Positions 9,009 to 18,119 of a DNA stretch of 64,000 nt are shown here, piece after piece (position 1 is the first letter of the stretch; each line of letters begins with the position of its first letter). The stretch is from Vulcanimicrobiota bacterium (GTDB lineage Bacteria > Vulcanimicrobiota > Vulcanimicrobiia > Vulcanimicrobiales > Vulcanimicrobiaceae). Made by a program: the position numbers and the translations under genes. The notes beneath the pieces were generated by a model that saw nothing but the letters and a program-made list of their open reading frames with translations, was not told where the DNA came from and did not search any database. The DNA lies in assembly GCA_963820825.1 (NCBI GenBank), contig CAWGBN010000007.1, positions 64,001 to 128,000 of the forward strand, in the 5' to 3' direction.

Positions 9009-9013
9009 CGCGG

Positions 9014-9214
9014 CTATTGCGCAGCGGAGCTCGCGGCGTAAATCTTGCGCCTGAAGGCCACGACGCGGCGCTCGATCTCCTCCGGCGGTTCGCAGACGAC
9101 CACGGTATTTCCGGTCGTCAGCGTTACGATCGTCTCGCCGTTGCGCTCGATCCTCTCGATCAAGTCGCAGTTGAGCATCACCGGTTGGCCGTTCGGCCGC
9201 GAGAGCGCGATCAC
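9014..9214 (-). CDS. flbD: Flagellar FlbD (SwrD-like) family protein
   Basis: MIALSRPNGQPVMLNCDLIERIE...TIVTLTTGNTVVVCE matches the FlbD family pattern. Confidence 0.85.
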   Translation of the reverse strand: MIALSRPNGQPVMLNCDLIERIERNGETIVTLTTGNTVVVCEPPEEIERRVVAFRRKIYAASSAAQ

Positions 9215-9657
9215 GCCGTGGCCTTTCCGGATCGGCGGGCATTTGCCTCGTCGATCTCGAGCTCTTCGCGCCGCGCCTCCTCGAGCTCGAACGCGTGCCG
9301 GCGCCGCTCCTTCAGCCGTTCGATAACACGCCGTTCGCGGCGCGCCGTGGCGAGCGCCTTACCCGCGATTTCGCACTCCGCCTCGAGCTGCGCGCAGCGC
9401 CGCTGCGCGCGTTCGATCGTCCGTACCAGCGATCGCAGATCGGCGTCGTAGAGGCGCGCCTCGCTCGTACGTCCCGTACGGCCCGCATCAACGAGCAGAT
9501 TCGTGATGCGCGCTCGCGCGTTGGCCAGCCGTTCGAATTCGCGCCGGCATTGCTCGACTGCGTGCCGGCGCGCCGCGAATATCGCGAGCCTCTCCCGTTC
9601 GACGCGCTCGCGCGCCTCGAGCAGCGGCTGAAGAGCGAAGAGAAACTGCGCCGTCAT
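9211..9657 (-). CDS. fliJ: Flagellar export protein FliJ
   Basis: 148-aa coiled coil with F.F.LQPLL..RE N-terminus and ERLKERRR...EIDE C-terminus. Confidence 0.78.
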   Translation of the reverse strand: MTAQFLFALQPLLEARERVERERLAIFAARRHAVEQCRREFERLANARARITNLLVDAGRTGRTSEARLYDADLRSLVRTIERAQRRCAQLEAECEIAGKALATARRERRVIERLKERRRHAFELEEARREELEIDEANARRSGKATA

Positions 9658-9684
9658 AGCGCATGAAACTCCCGCCGCCCGGCG

Positions 9685-10878
9685 TTATCGAGCCAGCTGG
9701 CTGCGTTCTCTTCCGACCGAGACGAGTTCGATCGGAACGTCGAGCAGCTCGCGCACGCGATCCACGTACTCGCGCGCCGCCTTCGGCAGATCGGCGATGC
9801 TTCGGCAGTTCTCGACCGGCTCGCTCCAGCCGGGAAGCTCTTCGATCTCGAGCTCCAGCTCCGGCGCAGCCGCCTCGGCAAAGGAGACCGCTCGGCCGCC
9901 GAGGCGATAACCGGTGACGATCGCGACGCGTTCGAACCCGGTGAGCACGTCGAGCTTGGTAATGACTAGACTCGTCAGACCATTGAGTGCGACGGCATAC
10001 CGTCCGGCGGCGGCATCGAGCCAACCGCAACGGCGCGGACGCCCCGTCACCGTGCCGAACTCGCCGCCCTGCCGGCGCAGCCGTTCGCCCCGCTCGTCGT
10101 TCAGTTCCGACGGGAACGGTCCGCCGCCGACGCGCGTGCAGTAGGCCTTGAGCACGCCGATCACACGTCCGATGGCGGTCGGCCCGATTCCAAGCCCGGT
10201 GCACGCTCCGCCGGCGATCGTGTGCGAACTCGTCACGTACGGATAGGTTCCGTAACCGACGTCCAGGAGCGATCCCTGCGCACCCTCGAGCAGGACGCGC
10301 TTCCCCCGCGCGAGCCGGTCGTGGATGTAGGCGACACCGTCGACCACGTGCGAGGCGAGCCGCCGCATCGCCGCCTTCGTCTCGCCGTCGATTTCGCCGT
10401 TTCCGTGAACCAAGTCGGCGAACCGAAGGCCCGTACGCGCGACCCGGTCGACGTACGCGGGGCCGATGCCGCGCCCCGTAGTTCCGATTGCGTTGGCACG
10501 CGCGGTCTCGCCGGCTCGATCGCGTTCGACGTGGTGCGGAAAGACGACGTGCGCGCGATCGGAGATCTTCACCCGGCCGATATCGATGCCGATCGCGGCG
10601 AGTGCGTCGAGCTCCTCGAGCAGCGTCTGCAAGTTGACGACGGTGCCCCCACCGACGAAGAGCTCGGCGTGCGAGTGCATGACGCCCGATGGAACGATCC
10701 GCAAGGCGAGCTCGCGATCCCCGACGACGATCGAATGGCCGGCGTTATCCCCGCCGCCGAATCGTGCGACCACGTCGTACTCCGCCGCGTACAGGTCGAC
10801 GATCCGTCCTTTGCCCTCGTCGCCCCACTGCAAGCCGACGATGATGTCCGCGCGCGAGGCCGCTCCGTTACGGGACAA
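9685..10878 (-). CDS. purA: Adenylosuccinate synthetase
   Basis: GLQWGDEGKG, GGDNAGH, EGAQGSLLDVGYGTYPYVTSS and GTVTGRPRRCGWLD motifs. The TTG start is approximate. Confidence 0.97.
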   Translation of the reverse strand: MSRNGAASRADIIVGLQWGDEGKGRIVDLYAAEYDVVARFGGGDNAGHSIVVGDRELALRIVPSGVMHSHAELFVGGGTVVNLQTLLEELDALAAIGIDIGRVKISDRAHVVFPHHVERDRAGETARANAIGTTGRGIGPAYVDRVARTGLRFADLVHGNGEIDGETKAAMRRLASHVVDGVAYIHDRLARGKRVLLEGAQGSLLDVGYGTYPYVTSSHTIAGGACTGLGIGPTAIGRVIGVLKAYCTRVGGGPFPSELNDERGERLRRQGGEFGTVTGRPRRCGWLDAAAGRYAVALNGLTSLVITKLDVLTGFERVAIVTGYRLGGRAVSFAEAAAPELELEIEELPGWSEPVENCRSIADLPKAAREYVDRVRELLDVPIELVSVGRERSQLAR

Positions 10879-11815
10879 AGTTCTCTCCGTCGACCGCACC
10901 GTACGGATCGTGCAGCCCGTTTGACGAGTCGAGCGTCGCAATTGGTTTGGCCCGAGGGTAGGCCATCACCCGAACGCTCAATCCCGCCTGCGTAATATAC
11001 GCCTGCGTATTGGCCTTATTGATGGTGATGTGGATCGGCTGCTTGTAGAAGATCCCGAACTCGCCGGAGATCTTCTCGTAGGGCGGATCGAGCACGTAGA
11101 CCTTATCCGCGGTAACGTCGCAGACGAGCAACGCGCCGTGCGCGTCGATCGCCATGCCGTACGGAAACTTGAACTTCGGCTTGAGCGTCGTGGCGTGGCA
11201 ACCGCTCAAGCCGCCTTTGAACTTCACGATCCGGCCGTAGTATTGGTTGGTCGTATAGTCGACGAAGACGGTCCCTTCGTGATTGACGGCGACGCCCGTA
11301 ACGAGGTCGCCGCTGTCGAGCGCGCAAGTCGCGATGACCGCGTTCTTCTTCTGCGCGTACTCGTTGACGTAGTGTCCGGTGTAGTCGGCCTCGTAGACGT
11401 TTCCCGCACCGTCGGTCGTCACGCTGACCGGCGAGGTCACCTTCGCGCTGTAGGTAAAGGTCGGCGATTTCCCGGGAAGCTTGTACTCGACGATCGAGTC
11501 TTTTCCGGTCTGCTTGGCGCTGGTGACGTAAAGGTTTCCCTTGTCGTCAACCCAGTTGCCCCACGGGTGACCGACGCCGTCGATGATCGTACCGACCTTC
11601 TTCCAGGTTCCGTTTGCGAGAATCTCGATCGCTTTGTGGCTGAAGTCGGTGACGAAAAGATGCTGCGCCAGAAGATCCGGTTCGCCGCCCATTGCCTGCG
11701 GCGCGCGCGATATCGCCGCGCTCGCACTTGGAAGTCCGGCTCGCTGCATCGTGCCGCCGTTGCATCCGGCGACGGTTATCAGCGCCGCAATTGCCGTAGC
11801 CGTGAGAAGTCGCAT
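10868..11815 (-). CDS. Hypothetical beta-propeller (NHL-like) lipoprotein
   Basis: Lipobox VAGC and repeated D..GNLYV / D..GNVY blades. Confidence 0.75.
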   Translation of the reverse strand: MRLLTATAIAALITVAGCNGGTMQRAGLPSASAAISRAPQAMGGEPDLLAQHLFVTDFSHKAIEILANGTWKKVGTIIDGVGHPWGNWVDDKGNLYVTSAKQTGKDSIVEYKLPGKSPTFTYSAKVTSPVSVTTDGAGNVYEADYTGHYVNEYAQKKNAVIATCALDSGDLVTGVAVNHEGTVFVDYTTNQYYGRIVKFKGGLSGCHATTLKPKFKFPYGMAIDAHGALLVCDVTADKVYVLDPPYEKISGEFGIFYKQPIHITINKANTQAYITQAGLSVRVMAYPRAKPIATLDSSNGLHDPYGAVDGENFVP

Positions 11816-11845
11816 AGCTCGCCCCTTCGGGGCCGGCGGTGAAGC

Positions 11846-13165
11846 TTACTCCGTGGTGAACTCGAGGTCGCTTGTGTCGCCCATCGGAATTTCGGGGGTG
11901 CCTTGGAACTGCGTCATCACGAACTCGGAGAAGAGCGCGTTGGGCCAACCGAAATCGCGCCGCGTGAACTGCTGCGGGTTATCGGGATTGAACGATTCGT
12001 GCAGCAAGTGGTCGCCTGGGTCGCTTGCGAGAAGCTGACCGAGCACGTCCTGTTTCTCGGCGCCGCTCGTCGCGGTCATTCCTTCGACGATGAGCGCCAA
12101 CGGCCAAACCCAATGGTCCGGCGTGTGGTAACTGCCGATCCCGCGCGCGATGTGCCCTTGATAGAACGACGGATTGTCTTGCGAAAGCAAGAACCGGCGC
12201 GTGTTGTCGTAGTACCGGTCGCCGGGCGTGGTATATCCGAAGTACGGTGCGGCGAGCAGGCTCGGAATGTTCGCGTCGTCGGTCAAAATCGCGTGACCGA
12301 GCCCGTCGACTTCGTACGCGTAGATGTAACCGTACTTCGGCACGAGCACGAGGCCGTAGGTTTGAATGCCCCGCTGCACTTCGTCGCGCAGCGCTTTTGC
12401 CTCGCGCGCCTTCATCACGTTGTGGTAGACGTTGAGCTCGATCTCGGCCATGTCGCCGAGCGCGACGACCGCGAACATCTCCGATGGAATCAAGAAATTA
12501 TACTGGCAAGCATCGTCGGATGGACGGAAACCCGTCCAGATCATTCCGGTATAGCCGACGGAGTTTCCGCGTCCCCCGTTGGGGAGCTCCTTATGGGTAT
12601 AGCGGGAGTCGCGCGGATGGTTCTGCTCCCTTTCCATCGTCGCCAGCACGCCGTCGAGCATCGTGGAAAAGTCGCCGGTAAAGATCGCCGTATCGCCGGT
12701 CGTCTTCCAATAGCTCCACGCCAACGCCGTCGGATAGGCCAGCGAGTCGAGCTCGAACTTCTGCTCCCATACGCGATAGTCCAGCGTGTAGGCGTTCGCA
12801 TAGGGATCGATCTGCACGTACTTCACCATGCGGGCAATGATCCCGCGCAGCAGGCTTCGCACGTCCGGATCGTCTTTGGCAAAGAAGAGATACGGGCGCG
12901 CTTGCGCGCTGGCGTCGCGCAGCCACTCCGCCGGAATATCCCCGGTCATGATGTAGGCCGTGCCGTCGGGCGCGTATTGGGCGAGCTTGCTCGTGTCGAG
13001 CAGTGCCGCGCGGAACATCTCCTGGAGGTGCCCGTTCGGGCTGCGATACTGCGCCGCGGCCTGCTCGATGGATCGCAGTTCGAGCGCGACGGCCGGCGGC
13101 GGAGCGAAGCTCGTCCCGGCACAGAGTGCCGCGACGAGGAGGTTGGTAACGAAGCGTCGGCCCAC
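11846..13165 (-). CDS. Glycoside hydrolase family 125 (exo-alpha-1,6-mannosidase-like), with signal peptide
   Basis: TGDIPAEWLRDAS, WEQKFELDSL, FRPSDD, DDANIPSLL and F.WPNALF motifs. GTG start overlaps the upstream TAG. Confidence 0.9.
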   Translation of the reverse strand: MGRRFVTNLLVAALCAGTSFAPPPAVALELRSIEQAAAQYRSPNGHLQEMFRAALLDTSKLAQYAPDGTAYIMTGDIPAEWLRDASAQARPYLFFAKDDPDVRSLLRGIIARMVKYVQIDPYANAYTLDYRVWEQKFELDSLAYPTALAWSYWKTTGDTAIFTGDFSTMLDGVLATMEREQNHPRDSRYTHKELPNGGRGNSVGYTGMIWTGFRPSDDACQYNFLIPSEMFAVVALGDMAEIELNVYHNVMKAREAKALRDEVQRGIQTYGLVLVPKYGYIYAYEVDGLGHAILTDDANIPSLLAAPYFGYTTPGDRYYDNTRRFLLSQDNPSFYQGHIARGIGSYHTPDHWVWPLALIVEGMTATSGAEKQDVLGQLLASDPGDHLLHESFNPDNPQQFTRRDFGWPNALFSEFVMTQFQGTPEIPMGDTSDLEFTTE

Positions 13166-13677
13166 TAGGCGGGCCAAGTCCCGTGTGCGTACAAAGCCGG
13201 CAACTCCCGATAGCGCCCTAGATAATCGAGCCCATAGCCCACGACGAATACGTCGGGGACCTCGAACGCCCTGTACTTGATTTCAATGTTCGCAATTCTC
13301 CTGTGCGGGCGATCGAGCAGGGTGCAGACGGCCAACGAAGCCGGGCCTCGCTCGAGCAGCCGTTTGAGAACGTACTGGAGCGTCAGACCGGTGTCGATCG
13401 TATCGTGAACCAGGACGACGTGGCGGTTGCGGATCGCCGTCGTGACGTCCCGCGCCAAGACGATCCCATCCCCCTCGCCGCAGCGATTGACCGAGAGAAA
13501 GTCGACGTCGTGCGGTATCGTCACGGCCCGTGCCAGGTCGGCGAGAAAGGTCGCCGCAGCGTCGAGCAATCCGACCATGAGCGGCCGTTTACCCGCATAA
13601 TCCTGCGATATGTCCGCCCCGATGGCGGCGACGCGGCCCGCAATCGATTCCGAATCGAAGAGCGGGTCGCCGATCAT
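13165..13677 (-). CDS. hpt: Hypoxanthine phosphoribosyltransferase-like protein with degenerate motifs
   Basis: I..DYAGK.P, VVLVHDTIDTGLTL and FVVGYGLDY..RYRELP motifs. ATGA-coupled to the upstream gene. Confidence 0.75.
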   Translation of the reverse strand: MIGDPLFDSESIAGRVAAIGADISQDYAGKRPLMVGLLDAAATFLADLARAVTIPHDVDFLSVNRCGEGDGIVLARDVTTAIRNRHVVLVHDTIDTGLTLQYVLKRLLERGPASLAVCTLLDRPHRRIANIEIKYRAFEVPDVFVVGYGLDYLGRYRELPALYAHGTWPA

Positions 13678-14003
13678 GACGCCTGCTTGAAGCGGGAGAA
13701 TACCCGCTCGACGTCGCGCCGCGTGAAGAGCTTGACGTTCACTCGCGGATGGTGCCATCTCATCAAGCGCAGCTTGCGATTCTTGCGCGTGTTACGAACG
13801 GGTTTTGCGACCGTCACCTCGATGTAGAGGTCGTATTCGGGGAGATAGAAATCGGGGGTGAAGAACTCGACGGGCCGCCCGTGCTGGTTCCACACGATCG
13901 GGAAACTGCGCGGTTCGTAATGCCAGATGATTCGGTAGAAGTCGAAGATGCGCGCCAGCTCGGCTTCGCTAGCATGTGCGAACGGGGCCCGGGGCATAGC
14001 CAC
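13674..14003 (-). CDS. Small PD-(D/E)xK nuclease-fold hypothetical protein
   Basis: SE...W.YEP..F...FTPDFYLPEYDLYIEVT pattern. Confidence 0.7.
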   Translation of the reverse strand: MAMPRAPFAHASEAELARIFDFYRIIWHYEPRSFPIVWNQHGRPVEFFTPDFYLPEYDLYIEVTVAKPVRNTRKNRKLRLMRWHHPRVNVKLFTRRDVERVFSRFKQAS

Positions 14004-14032
14004 GGACCATTATCTACGACGAGCGCGCCACG

Positions 14033-14740
14033 TTATCCCGCCGGAACGCGCAAGACGAAACGCGCCCCGCCCAGCGGCGACGGTTCGACCCGCACGTCAC
14101 CGCCCGCGCGCTCCGCGATTGCCTTAACCACGGCCAAGCCGATTCCGCTTCCGGCTCGTGCCGGCGTCGTACCGCGCACGCCCATGGCGAAGATTGCGTC
14201 GCACGCCTCGGGCGCGATTCCGCCGCCGTCGTCTTCGACCCGAACGGCGACGAAACGCTCCTCCCGCGCGCACGATACCTCGACGGTGCCCTGCTCGCGA
14301 CCGTGCTTTACCGCGTTCTCGACGAGATTGACGAGCGCGTGAACGAAGGCGTCGCCGTCGACGCTCGCGTGGAGTGCCTCGGGAAGACCCAGGCGTATCG
14401 TAATTCGGCGCCGCGTGGCCAGCGGCGAGAGTATCTCGATCGTCGCGCGTATCTGTTCGACGACGTTGCAGACGACTCGCTCGCCGGGAGCGCCAAGTTC
14501 GAGCGGCGAGAACTCGAGCAACCCGTCGACGAGCCGCCCGAGCCGAAGCGCCTCTCGGCGCGCGGTCTGCAAGAATCGGCGCGCGGTCGGCGGATCGCAC
14601 TCCCCATCGAGCACGGTCTCCAGGTATCCGCTGATCGAGGCGAGCGGCGTTCGCAGTTCGTGCCCGAGCGTCGCCAGCAGGGCGCGCGAGCCGCGACGGC
14701 CGCCGGCGCTATCCGCGTACGAACTTATAGCCGAATCCAT
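14033..14740 (-). CDS. Histidine kinase (HisKA + HATPase only)
   Basis: GHELRTPL, NLVENAVKH, DDGGGI and GSGIGL boxes. The start is uncertain and overlaps the response regulator. Confidence 0.85.
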   Translation of the reverse strand: MDSAISSYADSAGGRRGSRALLATLGHELRTPLASISGYLETVLDGECDPPTARRFLQTARREALRLGRLVDGLLEFSPLELGAPGERVVCNVVEQIRATIEILSPLATRRRITIRLGLPEALHASVDGDAFVHALVNLVENAVKHGREQGTVEVSCAREERFVAVRVEDDGGGIAPEACDAIFAMGVRGTTPARAGSGIGLAVVKAIAERAGGDVRVEPSPLGGARFVLRVPAG

Positions 14741-15395
14741 GGACGGTGCGGAGCAGCGAGAGCCGCCACGGCTCCTCGATCTTCGTGCGCAAACGATGGA
14801 TGTGGACGTCGATCGTCCGCTCGTCGCCGCTGAAGTCGAATCCCCAGACCCGTTGGAGGAGCCAGTCGCGCGAGAGCGCGACGCCGGCATTTCCGGCCAG
14901 CTCCATGAGCAGCGCAAACTCGCGCGGCTTGAGCTTCACGTCGACGCCGTCGACGCGCGCCTCGCGAGCACGAGCGTCGATCTCCAATCGTCCGAAGCGC
15001 AGCACCGGACTGGGCGGCGGAAGCGCGCGCCCGCTGCGGCGCAGAATCGACTTGATGCGCGCAACGACCTCGCGTGCGGAGAACGGCTTGGCGATGTAAT
15101 CGTCCGCACCCAGCTCGAAGCCGAGAATGCGATCGATCTCCTCGGTGCGCGCGGTCAGCAGGACGATCGGCAGCGTTCGTTCCTCGCGGCGCAGCGTCCG
15201 CACGACGTCGTAACCATCGACGCCGGGCAAGCCGACGTCGAGCACGAGCAAGTCGGCGGCTCCGCGCGCGTGGCGCAATGCGGCATGACCGTTGGAGAGG
15301 CCGACGACCGCGAGGCCCTCGCGCTGCAAATGATGGGTGAGCAGTTCGCGAATCGCGCTATCGTCTTCGGCGACGAGAACGGTTGGCGTCGACAT
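14709..15395 (-). CDS. OmpR/PhoB family response regulator
   Basis: Receiver domain (EDD, LLVLDVGLP, GADDYIAKPF) plus winged helix (RTIDVHIHRLRTKI, TVHGFGY). Confidence 0.95.
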   Translation of the reverse strand: MSTPTVLVAEDDSAIRELLTHHLQREGLAVVGLSNGHAALRHARGAADLLVLDVGLPGVDGYDVVRTLRREERTLPIVLLTARTEEIDRILGFELGADDYIAKPFSAREVVARIKSILRRSGRALPPPSPVLRFGRLEIDARAREARVDGVDVKLKPREFALLMELAGNAGVALSRDWLLQRVWGFDFSGDERTIDVHIHRLRTKIEEPWRLSLLRTVHGFGYKFVRG

Positions 15396-15416
15396 GGCGG
15401 AACGAGTGCCCGCCGT

Positions 15417-15956
15417 CTAAACCGACTGAGACACCCCTATGTCATCCTTCGGCGTGTCGAAGGACGACAATGGACCGAAGCGCGCCGCATGGTCGCGCAA
15501 AACGCGATAGATCGTCGCGGCGGGGAAGCCGAGTCGTTCGAGGCGACGGGCCGCCGAGGGATATGCAATGCCGGGATTCTTGGTCAACAACCGGTCGAAG
15601 GCGGCGCTGCAGCGCGACCCCTCGTGTTCTTCGAGCGAGGATACGGCTTCGGCGGCCGCCTCGCCGTCGATCCCTTTGCGGATGAGCTCGACGACGAGAC
15701 GTTCGTTGCCGATGGGTTTGCGTTTCCGCTCCACGTAGAGCTTCGCGTAGAGACGGTCGTCGAGGAAGCCTTCGCGCTTACAGCGCTCGATCGCCGCGCG
15801 AGCGGCGGCATCGTCGAAGCCCTTGCGCTCGAGGTGCGTCCAGAGACGCGCCTCGGTGCAGCGCTGCCGCGCCAAGAACGCCAGCGCCGCACCATACGCC
15901 CTTTGAGGCGCTCGGTCGCCGCGTCGTTGTTGCTCGTCGCTCGAATGGGTAACCAT
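15417..15956 (-). CDS. recX: RecX regulatory protein
   Basis: ALAFLARQ..TEARL..HL.RKG, GFLDDRLYA and ELIRKGI motifs; directly downstream of recA. Confidence 0.88.
   Translation of the reverse strand: MVTHSSDEQQRRGDRAPQRAYGAALAFLARQRCTEARLWTHLERKGFDDAAARAAIERCKREGFLDDRLYAKLYVERKRKPIGNERLVVELIRKGIDGEAAAEAVSSLEEHEGSRCSAAFDRLLTKNPGIAYPSAARRLERLGFPAATIYRVLRDHAARFGPLSSFDTPKDDIGVSQSV
15441..15464. repeat. REP-like palindromic element within the recX 3' end
   Basis: GTCATCCTTCGGCGTGTCGAAGGA contains the hairpin TCCTTCG-6nt-CGAAGGA and resembles the copy at 34849-34871. Confidence 0.45.
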
Positions 15957-16011
15957 TCCACGCTCCTCGCGCCTAGACGCGGCAGCCGATCGCTCTCAAA
16001 GGATGTCGTGA

Positions 16012-17049
16012 TTAATCCGCTACGGTGGCGGGCGCCTTGCCGTTCGTGGAGGCCGTCTTGCCGAGCGCTTCGCGAATCTTCGCTTCGATCTCCCCGGCAA
16101 GGTCGGTGTGTTCTTCGAGGAAGGCTTTCGCGTTCTCGCGTCCCTGGCCGATGCGCTGCTCGCCGTAGGTGTACCACGAGCCGCTCTTTCCGACGATGTT
16201 CTGATCGAGGGCGACGTCGAGAATCGAACCCATCTTCGAGATGCCGTGGCCGTAGGTGATATCGAACTCCGCCTGGCGGAAGGGCGGCGCGACCTTGTTC
16301 TTGACGACCTTGACCCGCGTTCGCGTGCCGACTACGTCTTGACCGACTTTGATCGTCTCGAGCTTGCGCACGTCGAGCCGCACCGATGCGTAGAACTTCA
16401 GCGCCCGGCCGCCCGAGGTTGTCTCGGGATTGCCGAACATCACGCCGACCTTCTCGCGGAGCTGGTTGATGAAGATCATTACCGTCTTGCTGCGCGAGAT
16501 CGCGGCGGTCAGCTTGCGTAACGCCTGCGACATCAAGCGCGCCTGCAACCCGACGTGTGCGTCGCCCATATCGCCTTCGAGCTCGGCTCGCGTTACCAGC
16601 GCGGCCACCGAGTCGATGACGACGACGTCGACTGCATTACTGCGCGTGAGCATCTCCGCGATCTCCAGCGCCTGTTCGCCGGTATCCGGCTGCGAGACGA
16701 GGAGATTGTCGAGATCCACGCCGAGCGCGGCGGCATAGTTTGGATCGAGAGCGTGCTCGACGTCGACGAAGGCCGCCGTTCCGCCGGTCTTCTGTGCCTC
16801 GGCGATGGCGTGGAGCGCGAGCGTCGTCTTACCGCTCGACTCCGGACCGTAGATCTCGACGATGCGCCCGCGCGGAAGGCCGCCGACGCCTAATGCCAAG
16901 TCGAGCGCGATCGAGCCCGTCGGAACGATATCAAAGGCCATTCGCTCCTGAAAATCGCCCATGCGCATGATCGAGCCTTTGCCGAACTGCCGCTCGATCT
17001 GGGCGAGCGCGTTGGTGAGGGCGAGTTGCCGTTCGTCTTCTGCTGCCAT
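16012..17049 (-). CDS. recA: Recombinase A
   Basis: [21 protein letters not shown] and [12 protein letters not shown] motifs. Confidence 0.99.
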   Translation of the reverse strand: MAAEDERQLALTNALAQIERQFGKGSIMRMGDFQERMAFDIVPTGSIALDLALGVGGLPRGRIVEIYGPESSGKTTLALHAIAEAQKTGGTAAFVDVEHALDPNYAAALGVDLDNLLVSQPDTGEQALEIAEMLTRSNAVDVVVIDSVAALVTRAELEGDMGDAHVGLQARLMSQALRKLTAAISRSKTVMIFINQLREKVGVMFGNPETTSGGRALKFYASVRLDVRKLETIKVGQDVVGTRTRVKVVKNKVAPPFRQAEFDITYGHGISKMGSILDVALDQNIVGKSGSWYTYGEQRIGQGRENAKAFLEEHTDLAGEIEAKIREALGKTASTNGKAPATVAD

Positions 17050-17072
17050 TTGGTTCCTTTCTATTGCTTCCC

Positions 17073-18026
17073 TTACATCACGCTCTCACGTCGCTGTGCC
17101 AAGGGTATGGCATTCTGCTCGTCGTCGAAGATCGCGTCGATGAATTCGGCTGGGACGAAGGGGCGCAGGTCTTCGGCTCCCTCGCCGAGGCCCACGAACT
17201 TGATCGGTATCTCGAGCTCGTCGACGATTGCGACGAGCACGCCGCCCTTTGCCGTCGAGTCGAGCTTGGTGATGACGATTCCGGTGAGTTCGGTTGCGGC
17301 ATGAAAGAGCTTCGCTTGCGAAATGGCGTTCTGACCGTTCGTGCCGTCCACCACCAGGAGCGTTTCGGTCGGCGGCTCGCCGAGCTCGCGCTCGATCACG
17401 CGCCGAATCTTCTTGAGCTCTTCCATGAGATTGGTCTTGGTCTGAAGGCGCCCGGCCGTATCCACGAGCACGACGTCGGCGCCGCGCGCTTTGGCCGCGC
17501 GAAGGCCGTCGAAGACGACCGAGGCCGGATCGGCGCCCTCGGCACCGCGAACGATCGAGGCGCCGCTGCGTTCGGCCCAAATCGCCAACTGCTCGGCGGC
17601 CGCCGCGCGAAAGGTATCGGCGGCGACGAGCATGACCCGCTTACGATCGTGATGCAGGAGCGTCGCGAGCTTCCCGATCGTAGTCGTCTTACCGCTGCCG
17701 TTGACCCCGACGACCAAGATGACCGCCGGCTTGCGGTCGACCCGCAACGTGTCATTCGGGAGCGTCAGAAATCGCTCGACGTCCTTGCGAAAACGCGCGA
17801 TCGGCTGATCGGCCGTCGTCCACTCCTCTTGCCGCGCGACGGTCTGCAGACCGGTGAGAATCTTCTGCGTCGCAGGCACGCCGAAATCGGCCAGGATCAA
17901 CGTCTCTTCGAGTTCGTCCCAAAACTCGGGCGTCAGCGGCCGCTCGGGGCGACCCAGACGCGTAACGGCCGCGAAACTCTCGCGAGCGCGGCCGAGGGAA
18001 GAGCGCAAACGCGATAGCCAGCTCAC
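17073..18026 (-). CDS. ftsY: Signal recognition particle receptor FtsY
   Basis: [22 protein letters not shown] and [10 protein letters not shown] motifs. Confidence 0.97.
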   Translation of the reverse strand: MSWLSRLRSSLGRARESFAAVTRLGRPERPLTPEFWDELEETLILADFGVPATQKILTGLQTVARQEEWTTADQPIARFRKDVERFLTLPNDTLRVDRKPAVILVVGVNGSGKTTTIGKLATLLHHDRKRVMLVAADTFRAAAAEQLAIWAERSGASIVRGAEGADPASVVFDGLRAAKARGADVVLVDTAGRLQTKTNLMEELKKIRRVIERELGEPPTETLLVVDGTNGQNAISQAKLFHAATELTGIVITKLDSTAKGGVLVAIVDELEIPIKFVGLGEGAEDLRPFVPAEFIDAIFDDEQNAIPLAQRRESVM

Positions 18027-18053
18027 CGCGCGCCCTTCATCTCCACGATCTTG

Positions 18054-18083
18054 ACTCTACCATGCGAACGTACGTTCGGTCAA
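18054..18083 (-). promoter_or_regulatory. Promoter with a perfect Gram-positive-type LexA (SOS) box CGAAC-GTAC-GTTCG in its spacer
   Basis: Palindrome at 18065-18078. Minus-strand TTGACC (18083-18078), 18-nt spacer, TG-n-TAGAGT (-10 at 18059-18054). Confidence 0.8.
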
Positions 18084-18119
18084 ATCATCGCCGTCCCGTT
18101 GCCGGCGTTGGGCGGTTTT

